From: Amphiscolops sp. MND2022
Taxonomy: Eukaryota
Assembly: GCA_964187785.1 (NCBI GenBank)
Contig: OZ076409.1
Coordinates: 23,438,001 to 23,502,000, forward strand
DNA length: 64,000 nucleotides
Direction of reading: 5' to 3'
A program made the translations under genes and the position numbers. Positions 1 through 12,200 of this stretch are shown one piece after another (the stretch's first letter is position 1; each line of letters opens with the position of its first letter). The notes below the pieces were generated by a model. It saw nothing but the letters and a program-made list of their open reading frames with translations, was not told where the DNA came from and made no database searches.

Positions 1-1539
1 TAGTAACAAAACTTCAAAGAATGACAGTGTATTTGGTAGTGCGAACAAAAGCGAAATTATTGTAAACAACATTGTTTTCGCACGTTACTTATTTTCTTGA
101 CACTGTAACTAAGATTTCTATCAAGAAATTGGTGTCACGACATTTCGTCCTATGCAATTTCAACCGTTGCCTTTTCAACCACTCAAAATTATACCATTTT
201 TGGCTAATTGATCCCAATTATACACTTATTTTAGGTTGCTTCGATTCCCATACATTGAAAAAAAAACGTTAATGATTGATTTCCAAATACGGTAACTTTT
301 ACGGTAGTTTTGATACGTTTTGGCTTCTTCATGGATTATTACCATTAATTAAGCCTGTTTGATTCATTTTTAACTTTTGTAATGAAATAATATCTCAACT
401 GAATTAGCAAGAATTAGTTTGTTAATATTGCAGAAAGTTAAAAATGCATTAGATTGAAATTGTCAACGGTTGAAATGGCAATGGTTGAACAACTTGCAAA
501 AGACGAAATGTCGTGTCCAAAAAATTGAAGAGGTTTGTGTGAAGCAAGAATAAACAAATGGTCATCAAGGCTTTCAGGAGTAAACGGAAAGAGTACGCAA
601 GAGCTTGGTAAGAGTTTAAAGACAATTTCAGGCAAGAGCTTAAAGGCACTGGGAAAGCTTTTGGAATTGGATCTAATTTACAAGTTCCTTTGTTTGAAAA
701 TTCTCTGACCATAATCACGGAAGTTAGAGATCTTTTTTTAAAGCCTAACTATCCAAAAATTAGTTTTTTTAAGACTTTCAGTAAAATGAATGATTTTTTT
801 TTCAAATGAGTGAATGAGGTTTGTGCTCAAACGAAACACCAATCTCCAGAAACCAGATATACCATTTGGTTTGAACAATAAAATCTGAATGGATTTGAAC
901 ATTTTGAAACTTTTTTTACCAGCTTACATTTACAAGTTTCAAAAATGGTAGAAATTTTTGGAAAATCGTACGCGCTGGTTTTGTACATTAATAGCGTTGC
1001 AGATTTTGAAATCAAATAAAGCCATATATATCATTCATTGTCTGAGAAGCGTCTCTTGACGCTTTTGAACTTCGTTCTTTAAAAACCCTTTTCTATGTCA
1101 AATAGAGTATGAATTCTATTCGGAAGGCTCGTGAAGTGTCCCAAAAATGTTTTCGGTTTTAATTTTTGACGGGGAGCTGGAGAAAACAGCCGATTTTGAA
1201 TATATGACTAAACAGCTGGTTGTTTTTCTACACATCAAGTGTGTGCATTAATCAAAGATAATTAGCACAAATAAGATAGTATTAATTACGCAGTTATAAT
1301 GTTTTGAAAATACCGCATCTTTAATATCGGATATCTTCCGATACTGTTTTAAATTTTTTTTCGTCTCAGTTTCAAAATATATATTTCAAACGCATCAATC
1401 AGCTGACTCGTGATTAGCTTCTGATCAACATCGGCTATTGTTGCGTGATAATTATGAAGGCTACGTTTTACCTTTTCATTTTCCTACCGAATCTGTTGTT
1501 TTTTCCCGCATCCGTCTGATGGTCCCATATTCTGTTAAA

Positions 1540-2792
1540 ATGGGAAACTTATAATAAGTGTTTTCGCAATAAAAAAAGCAAAAGGGAAGCGCGACAAAAC
1601 ATCCATTCTTTAAATGTCCCTATTTTTGGCTGCTAACATTTTCCTAATTAGTGGAACCTAATTGGTTTTGTTTAGTTTTGATAAAAGCGCGCATTCGAAC
1701 TCCCTAGAGAAATAACTGTGGATACAAAACGCCGTTTTACGTCGTTTTATATATCAGCTGTTATATCCCGCTGTGCAAAATCGACTGTTTCATCCTTTTT
1801 TTTAAAAAAAATGAACCTCCGGTTTTGCACGGCGTCTAAATTTCTAGCTCTAGTTCATAGGTATTGACTAAATTTGCGCAAGTTCAGCTTTGAATGTTTT
1901 TGGTGTACCCGAATTCCTAATAAAAGAATGTCCTTGCTACGAACTTGAACGACCCTTTAGTCTCGTCCGGTTTTGTAGGTTACGTTAAAAAAATTTCCGC
2001 GTCTTATATCCGGCGAATCTTGGTCAGCCGCGGTCTCAAATCTAGAATGCACCCGAAGAAACCTCTTATATCCGATGTAAACCGGCAAAAGTGAGTGGAT
2101 TTGTGTCGGGATAAAATCGAGGTTTTCCGTGGAGAAGCGTGATTTTTTAGATTGAAGCAATGATGGAACTGCAACCTACGAGAAGAATTTTTGCCTGACG
2201 CCCCAAAAACAAGCGATTCAGTCAAAAATACGTCCTGAAACATCGTCTAATTCCATCAAAAAAGCTAATGCTTTGGGGGTGCATTCTATCGAATGGTGAA
2301 AAAATGCTTGTTCCAATAAAAAAATTAAAGTGGATACCAGCTGTTATATTCAAATTCTGAAAGATCATGCACTAAACTTTCTGGATTTGCACACAGTGCC
2401 GAAAGAACACGAATTTGTTTTGAGGAAAATGCTATTGTCCGTCTAGAAAATTGGCCTCCACAGTCACCAGATCTGAACATTATTGAAAATTTGTGGTCAG
2501 TTCTGAAGAAGGCAGTCTCGCGGAGAAATCCCCAAAATCTCGATTAAACTTTGTCTTTTTCTCGAGAAGAATACGCCAAAATACCTAAAGAGTATGTGCA
2601 AAAACTTTATGACTCGATTCCGGACCGAATTACTCTTGTATTACAAAACAAAGGATATGCAACTAAATATTGAAATGAAAGCAATATTTTTCATATTTTA
2701 CAGTTTTCATTATCTTGTTTCTGTTCTGAGTTATTGCATTTTGAAATATATAAAGTCTTCTCACTATGTTGCGTTAAATAATATCACTACTG
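1540..2792 (+). mobile_element. Degenerate Tc1/mariner transposon (transposase pseudogene plus right end)
   Basis: Manual translation gives broken Tc1 motifs: WRSVIF(S)DE-like (~2128), LMLWGCI (~2265), WPPQSPDLNIIENLW (~2452-2497) and a C-terminus ...NKGYATKY* (stop 2671-2673). The right end reads CACTACTG|TA at 2792-2794. Multiple stops and frameshifts; left TIR not clearly found. Confidence 0.85.
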
Positions 2793-3270
2793 TATAGTTA
2801 ATCAGGTTTTTTGTTATTGAACTTTGAAATTAATGGTGATTGTAGCCGAAAGAAGAAATACTGAGCACTGCAAGGGCTTGTTTTCAACAGTTTAGTTCGT
2901 GTTCAGTATTGCGCACAACAACCTCGCCTTCTATCAAAAAGTAGAAATCAAATCACCGAAGATGAGTTTTTTAGAAATAAGCTTAGATTTTTATTTCCTA
3001 CGGAGGAAAATTTGATTTGGTTTCTGTCTTCTTTCTCTTCGTCACCGAATCAATATTTGAAAAAAAAATAATTGGAATAAAAATCCTGTTAAATTGAGAA
3101 TTTGTTCAAAGGATTGAAAAAAGCTTTCAAAACTAGTAAACTAAAAACCCTCATGAAAAACTTCAGCGCAAACCTAAAATTTTCAGACTTGTTTTGGTGC
3201 TCACTTAACTACACTGAGGTCAGAGATCGATGCAACAAGTGCACCCATTCCCCACATTAGTATCGTCATC

Positions 3271-6200
3271 ATGAAGGAAGACCCAGTTTTTGAGGAGACC
3301 AACAAAGAGTTATTCAACCAGTTATCCAAAGGATCTGAAGTAGAAGTCCTCTACGGCAAAGAATGGTATCAGTAGCAATATTTTGTCATTCAGCTCTCAT
3401 TTAGTTCATTCAGTTGTAGACATTAGAGTGCATGGGCAAGCTAAATTTGTCCCGGTTTCCAAGACAAGCAGCAAAATAGCTTGCCTATGCACTGTAATGG
3501 AAAAACTGTGCGTTAGATACCGATAAAAATATCAATGAGTGATTCTATGCTATTTTGACTTTTCAAGTTTCTTAGGAATAGGAAGTGAAATGGTGTCAGA
3601 CGTTTTAAAAACTACAATATATATGTAGATTTGAAAGTTGTGTTCAGGGTAGTTGATTCTCAATTCGAGCACATCGTTGTTTGAAATCCTCTTAAAATCA
3701 CTTTTGCTATATTAGTGTTTCTTTTGTTAGTCATCGATCAAAACGAATAGAGCAGATGTTGTGACCACTAATAGTGAGATCAATCGTTTCAAAATACGTA
3801 TCTGTTTGTTTCACAATCTATATAGTGAAAGCATGAAAAACTAGTTGGCGTGCATAATAATAAATGTTCCCCGGACAGGAAAGATATAGTTTTAGACATA
3901 AGCGAATTCTTCGAAAATGTACAAGTTTCATAAAATCATATTCAAGTGCTCTCATCTTTGTATATAGTTGATTGATTTTCTTGGCAGAAAAAACCTCTCA
4001 GCTGCGTTTTTTTCACTCATTTTGCCATACTTAATTTCACACTGATACGGATAGAGTTCCCTCCATAGAGTTCAACAAGAACACTCAGTTTTGGTTCATA
4101 TATATATTTATGGAGATATCTGAACTTTCCGAGAGAAAAAGTGCCTAAAAATAACAATACAAAAATGTTCCAATTTTCGAACTTTTCGTGGAGCTTTTGA
4201 ATGATTTTCAAAATTTACGTTACTGATAAAGTAGATAAGAGTGAAAAATATCCAGGGTTTAGTATCCGTCCTTCTTGTATTCTATAAACAATCTCAGACA
4301 ATTTTTACAACCAGTTTTTGCGATGACAGGTTTTTGTCGAAAGTGTTGCAAGTGAATCAGGAGAAGAGCCAGATCTTCATTCACTACAAAGGCTGGAACT
4401 CGAGACACGACCATTGGGTTCTCGTGGGCGATGGTGTCAGACTACCTGGGGTGGATGCAAGTGCCCCCAGCACTCCATCTAAAACGTCCTCCTCCTCAAA
4501 TAACACCCTGTCATCTGTAGTTGACGTTGCCAATTCACCAATTCAGAAAGTAAGTTACGAGCAGTTACTGCTCAAAAAAGGACAATGCTTCGAAATTAAC
4601 AAATAGTAGGTTTTGTTCAAGATTTTCAAGTTTACGAGATACGAGTTAAAATCTAGGTTAAAATCTCCTAAATGAAATGAAGTGAAAACATTGGCTGTAT
4701 GACTCGGCCTTCCTCCTTCCAGATCGGCCTTCGTTAAAACCAGCCGCTAGACCAGTAGTGGCACGTCGCTCCGATTTGCTTCGATCCTGCATTTAGGACA
4801 CTATCGGTATGTGGACGTAGCTAATCACGATTCTCTCATTTAGGAGGTTTTAACTTGGAATTTAAATGTTCTTGAAGCTCTTTGAACTGTTACATCCAAT
4901 CCGCTCTAAACTATAATTTAAACTATTGAAATTCAATTTAAACTAATAAAGCCAAAAGGCGAATTTCCAATTACTCTACGAAATCAAAAATAAACACTTA
5001 TAAGTCTCCAATGAAAAGGCGAAGAAATGCAATGGCGTTTTAAAATATCGCAACTCCATCGCCTAAAGCTTGAATCCAAGTATCTTGAAAATTGCCATGA
5101 ATAAAAAATGCCAGCTGGGAAAGTTCTTAAGAATTTAAAAAGAATAGTTTTCAAAACTTTTTGTTTGAAATCTCTACGACAAAAATTACAAACGTTAGAG
5201 ATTGTAAATTTTGAAAAATTGATCAATTTTGCACCTTTTCTCAATTTCCAGGAGTCGAAATTAATGTTTTTCTAAAATGTTCCCCAATCAACATTGATCA
5301 ACATTGAGTATAGTTTGATCAATTTTTTTTCGATTACGTATAAAAATCAAAATTTTTTCATACTGCCGTGCTCATAGACACAAAATTCAAAACAAATTCT
5401 CAATCAGGACAATGCAGTATGTTCGGTAGATTATAAAGACTCTCTGATGAACCAAAATTTCCAAAAATTTTGATTTCAAGCCACTCTAATTTCGAACAAA
5501 CTCCAATTTCAGTTTATTTAATTTTTTTCAAACTTTCTCAATATGCGTTGTCGAAATTTCTAGCATACATTTTTATTATTTCTGCGATAGCAGGAATACT
5601 ATTGAAACCTCAAGATTTCCACTTTTTTCCTGTAAAATTTTTGTCGTGATTCTTAAAAATTCAGATATTTTGTTCGGCAGTGAGTATAAGCGTGAGATTT
5701 AAATTTCTCAAGCTGCCGATAACAATTCGTTCCTCGTGCGATGGAACGAGCGAGTGGTAATTATTCGTTCGCCGAGAGGTTCGCGTGCATTCAAATACGA
5801 ATGCGAAACTTCGTCTACGCTTAGTAGTTATATTTACTTTAGTCCGAGAAGAATTAAAGGCGATGGTAGTGATTAATTGTGCGCTATATAAATGATTAAG
5901 ATATGCTTCTATTATTGAACATGAAAGCCTAAAAGCAGAAATAATAGTGTGCCCCGCAGGGGCCTATTTTTGTAAACTAGGTAAAACAAGTAACCATGGC
6001 TGATTATCATTGCGAATTTAGAATTTGGTCATTGATTTCTCTGTAATTTGTTTTGAAAGTTATTTACTAGCGCATGTCGTGGAAGCTATTTATTTATACC
6101 CACACTAGGGAGAGGCCTACCAGCCTGGAACGATGTTGCTTGGAGAATGGAAGGATGGGTACAAATATGTCTGCTTTGTTCAGTCAACTAGTGCAAATGG

Positions 6201-9200
6201 TAAAAACTTTCCATGATCTTTAACCTTGTTACGAAAACTTATATGCAGGATGGCTGATTATGATATGTTTGCAGGAGCTGCTGTCAACGTTAAGTTTTAC
6301 GACGGGTCTAGAGTGTCATTGCATTGGTCCAAACTGAGTCCTGTCACTGATTTAGCAATCAAAGAGGTATTTGAGTTTGCATTCACCCAAAGATGGTTTT
6401 GCTCTGAAAACGCGGAGTTTTTAAAGTTCATTTCATTTCAAGTATGAGCAATGGAAGTATGAAGAAAGTCAGATCAAAGATTACGAGAAACGGACTGGCA
6501 AGCGTGTGAAATCGTTCGAGCAGTTGGTCAAAGTTTTGGCACTAAACAACAGCTCCACGCCTACAAAGGGTTGGTATAAGTAAAATACGTTCTGAAAAAC
6601 AGCATACGTTTTGAACGCAGACGAAATGTACCACACCAAAAAGTAGCTTATAAAAGCTATGGATCTTCAGCATGGATATTCGAATTCTCATCGTGCTCAT
6701 TTTACATTGCGTGAAAGGATTATTTTTACTAGCTAGTTACAATCAATTTTCGACGGTTCGAATTTCAACATATTGGTGTGGTTAATCTCGTTGAAAAAAT
6801 TGTCAACATATTTTCGAGATATGCCTATTTTATTGTTATTTTTAATGTTGGCAGATCCACTTTCGTCGTCCCAGAACGTTGAATTGAAAAATCAATCTAT
6901 CATCCGTGACATCATCAAAGAACCCACTACTTGTTTGTTGGATACTACGGACACTATCAGTAGCAGCTGCCCCGAGTCGGGAAAGTTTCAATGTGAACAA
7001 CCGGACTGTGGCAAGAGTTTTCGCAAACTCACGCTGCTGTTGCACCACACGAAACACTACCACAAAAATTCTGATCTGGTCGACGAGCAAGTATCCAAGT
7101 CTTGCTCGGCTGACGTGCTGGCAAAGCAGCTGAAGGAACGCAGGTCGCTTGCAACTGGCCATGTACGGGAGCAGAAAAGAAAACATTCCCCACATGTTGA
7201 GATCCATAGTAGTCCAGGTTGGTACCTTTATTATTACCACTGTTCCCATTCTTGAGTCCGTATCAGCCATTTTATTCTTCCCCTTAAAACTTAAGAAGTT
7301 GGGATTCTTATTTAGACCTGTATGTGGATATTTCAGGTGGCAAACCGCATTGTTAGGAGCTAGCAAAAATCTTAGAAATCTCATTGAGTTTTTAAATCAT
7401 GAAAGTCATGTTTTGATGCTTACTGTCAAAACTCATCACATTCAATTTACTATCACCTTCAGCTGACTTCACAAATGACCTACCGGTAACCATTAGGTAA
7501 TAGCCTACACTAAAAGCCATCATTAGCCTTTTACTGACCGCTGTGGTTTTAAGTACCTTAAACAAGCCGGGAACGGCAAAAGTCGGCGCCATCTCTAAGG
7601 CTCAAATTAGCAAAAGGACTTCAAAGTTGCAAGTATTCTTTTCCAGTACCCGAAAAACCCAAAAGTTCGATCGAATGGGGGGGGGGCATTGAGAAAAAAT
7701 TTTCGAAAGGAGGTCTCACAATGCTGGAAAAATTTTGTGCTCCAGGGTTCACATACGTGGTTTGCATGTACTTCAAACCATGCACTTCAACTGCTTCAAT
7801 AAAGACAGAAACTGTTTTTTGCAATTCCATAATTGATTTTATTATGTATCTGTTCTCACGTCTCACGTCAGAAACAAGTTCAATTTTTAAGTCCATATTA
7901 TTTTGAAACATTAATTTTTGAAAGCCGTGTATCATAATGGCAAAGCTGCATTTTATGAAGTGACTGCCATTCAATAAAAGCTGCTGTGAATGAGATCAAA
8001 TTATTTTGTTGCTGAAATTAAGCAGTATGAATTGTTACAATCACTAACGTCGATAGATTTTTCATTTTGTCAAAATTTATACTAAAGAGCCATAATATAA
8101 AAACTTCATGAAATTTTGTCCGAGTTATGTAATTAGGAGGCAAATGGAATTCGGATCTTTTCTGTTAATCCCCCCACACACACACTAAGCACAAACATTT
8201 TAATAACCAACCCCCCCCCCCCCGCCAAAAAAATAACATGAGTTTCAGTTGCAGTTGCAGTAATAAATAATGCAATTTGATTGGCTATTAGAGTGATGAA
8301 ATGATTTGAACGCAAAACTAAAACCATTGAAATACTTAATTGTTCATGAAAGTTGTCAAGTTGATGGAATTGATCAACGAAACAAACACAAATCGCGGAG
8401 CAATAACTTTTTTACAACAACGAAAAATTCTACCGAAAAGAAAACTTGGCAGCAAAAAAAGGACACGAGATGCTGCTGTACATTAATGACAAAGATGCAA
8501 AACACTGCAGATGGCGTTGCGAAATTCGAAAATGTTGTCAAGATGTCGGAATTCGGACAAACAATTGGCTACAAGGATCCAGACTTGCCATCGAGAAATT
8601 GTTATTGATTTGTTTCTGGTCGGAGAAGAAAACAAGCATCGACTTCTGAAAAAAAGGATTGGGTATGTCGCCTTGCAGTGTGTTTGATTTTTAAAATTAT
8701 TTACGCGAAGTATGTGCCGAAATCTTGAAAAACAGCCAAAAAATTGGTGGAAAGGTCAAATTGTGGAGGTGGACGAGTCACTTTTCACCCGCAAGAAAAA
8801 CCACATTGGAAGAGTTCTACCATCAACCTGGGTTGTGGATGGCATTTGCAGAGAAACAAAAAAAGGTTTTCATGACAGTACTGCCTGATCGGTCTGCACC
8901 AACGTTAATGGCTGCAATTGAATTTTACGTTCAGCCTGGAACCCTCCTAATGACCGATTGCTGGAAGGGTTATTTAGTTTTGGACGATACTGGGAAGTTT
9001 TGACACGAAACTGTTAATCATCAATACAATTTCGTCGATCCGGTTTCTGGAGCCCACACGCGAGGCATTGAATACCTTTGGCGCGAGGCAAAGAAAAAAA
9101 CAAACAGCAAAGCGTTACCCATAGAAGTATGCTTGACAGCTATCTATGCGAATTTTCTATCTATGCTATCTATGCCTCACCAATGAGGACTTATTCGATA

Positions 9201-12200
9201 TTTTAAACGCAGTTCCAAAATTTTTGCCAATTTAATAATTATGAAACTTGTGTGTTGGAAATTGAACTGGCGCAGGTGTTTCTGTTCTAATATGATTCAA
9301 ATTTCACCTTTCATATATTATTTCAACACTCAAGTTACATTAATAATAATATTAATTACATAGAAATATATCATTTTTAAAAGTACCAATAATAAAGTAT
9401 TCAATTTTCAAAATAAAAAGTCCCGTATCGGGAATCGAACTCATGTCTATAGAGTGCGAGGCTCATGTCCTACCGCATGTGCCACTGATCCTGACAACGG
9501 ACTTACTTTAAGACCTTTATAAACTTGCAGTTGACTGCCTGTTCTACTGGTTGGATTAACAGAAAAGATCCGGGATTTCCTCTGACTTGTGAATCTTAGC
9601 TTTACATCTCCTAAACCGCATAAGACCTCACATCGAACCACATCTTCACAAAAATCAGAATGGGTTTCGTCAAGGAAGATCCACTGAAAACCAAGACTCA
9701 TCGAAGAAGTGAAAGCGAAAAACCTTAGACCTCAGTTTTTCCGAAAATACCCGAAAAAGCGAAAATGCTGGATATTTTAAGGGCATATGGCCTCAACAGC
9801 AAAATCATGAAAGCTATAGGGATCTTGTACGAAAATACGGAAGCAATGGTTCGCTCTCCTGATTGCGACACAACCTTTTTCGAAATAATGGCCGGAGTCC
9901 TCCAGGGAAATACATTGGCACCGTACACTGACTCTGCCGACGATATTGCACTCCTATCAGATACGATGCACTCGGTATCTCAGCTGCAGCACGTAGGAGA
10001 AGGAGCCGCGATACAGATCGGACTGCACATAAATGAAAGCAAAACGGAATACAAGAGCTATAATGGAAATGGAGATGGTCGAATCCTCTCAAGTAACGGC
10101 CACAAAATCAAGCTTATAACCGACTTCCAATATCTCGGCTCATGGCTAAATACCACCAAAAGAGACATAGATGTCAGAATCGCCAAAGCCTTGTCAGCAC
10201 ATGATAAATTGAAGATTATCTTGAAATCGGATCTGGACAAGGTGTACAAAATCGAATCTTTCAGAGCCACAGTTGAAAGCATACTCCTAAACGGCTCAGA
10301 GAGTTGGTCCCTAACTTCACTGCTCACCAAAAGATTGTCCGAGCAAAATCTCCACATATCAAACTTCATTTTCAGATCTGGGTTTGCTAATTATTTGCCA
10401 GTTCCATTTTGATATGCCAATCAATCATTAATGTATCTGCCGTGGCTTGAAACATTCAATTTTTAGTAGGCGCTTTTGAAGAAAAGTGGCTGACTCTTAC
10501 AGTAGTTTTTTTAGACGCGTAAGGTCCACTTTTTTGTTCATTTGTTCACCTTGAACTACGGATGCCCAAAACATACTGGAAACGTCAGAACCTCGTCCAA
10601 AACAAAACCGACGTCCAGAACCTCGAAAACATACTACGGATCCAAACTTAGGCTATCTTGTTTTTAACTTTTTCGGCACTATGAGATTTTTATCGAATTT
10701 TTTAGGAGTCGGAAAAAATTTTCGACTACTTATGCAATCGTGTTGTTTTTTTTGTTTTTTTTTCTCCCGACCTTTTCATGAAAATTTCAAATTTCTCAAA
10801 AACTGTCTATACGATTTTCACGAAATTTTGCACAGTCATTCTACACCCAAAGGGGCCCCTGCGTGTGCAAAGGCATCAAAATCGTATGGCTGGGATGTGA
10901 GAAACATAGCCACAATTAGCCCAAAAATGGCCAAAAAACAGCCATTTTTCGACTTTTTTCGATTTTCTCAAAAACTGTCCATACGATTCGAACGAAATTT
11001 TCTACAGTTATTCTACACCATATTAGAGTCCTATATGTGCAATGGCATCAAAATCGTATGGCTGGGATGTGAGAAACGTAGCCAAAATTAGCCCAAAAAT
11101 AGACAAAAAAGGGCCATTTTTCGACTTCAGAAGGAAAAAGGCCTAAGCCGACTCCTTTACCGCACATGCGGCTCTGGTTTTGATTACACCAAACGGTCCC
11201 CCTTTAATTTTTTTGAACTTTTGCAACAGAATGGATGTTAAAAAATCCCGAAGGGTCCACCTTTTACATTTTTCGGCACTGTGATACTGTTCAAATTTCT
11301 CACTTTTTTTTCGAAAAGTTTCTAATGTCTCCATAGGGATTCTTCTATTTTTTTTTCACATTTTCAAGCTGGAGTTTCAAAAAGCCCAAAGGGTCCCCTC
11401 TTTTACCATTTTAAAAAATTTACGCATTTTGAGCCTTAGATATATTGCCGCCTTTGGCCGTTCCCGGCTTGTTCGTGAAAACAGTTATAGAAGTTTTCAG
11501 AAACTAGTTGATTACCATTTGACTTTGTGGCTGGAAATGTACCGGACGTTAGATTTTCGCTCAATTTTGATACATTGCGGTTTCCACATGCGGAAAAAAT
11601 AATATGAACGACTGTCTTCAAATCCCGTCTTCGCGTCTTTTTCCATGAGATTGTATGCCAATTTTTCTCTAGACGCAGCGGCTACTGGAAGGAAGAAATC
11701 AAAAATATCTTCATCAAGCTCGCTTCCAAGCAGTCCCCTCAACAGCAAGAAAAGTGTCACCTCAAAAATGTCGGGCACTAGCGATAAATTGCTCCCTTCG
11801 GCTCCAAAGACAGCTGCTGTCACACAAAGCGAAGCTGCGACAGACGAAGAAGTCGATGTTTTTGTGGTCGAAGGTCAAGCACCTCATTCACCCGAGCTAA
11901 AAGGTGTTTCCAAAATAGGTAAGTAGGCTTTCAAATCTTCACGTTTGAGACAAAGCCACTTTTAAGACTTGGCTGATGAACGAAAATGGTAAATTTATGG
12001 ATTCAGCTCGCTCAGTTATGTGAAAAGAAAGTTAATCAAAAGGGTGGCAAAATATTGAACTCTTTGATGATCAGAACTAACTTTATTTCAGTAGAAACCC
12101 AATCTCTTGTAACCGATGAACAAGTTGTTGCCTCGGATATCTCCATGTATGAAACTGAAATCAATAAGAAAACTCCAGAACCCGCTTCTCCGAGTCTGCA

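Noticed and set aside
430..730. Possible coding fragment at the window start
   Set aside because: The purine-rich frames contain stops and no recognisable motif; cannot be supported.
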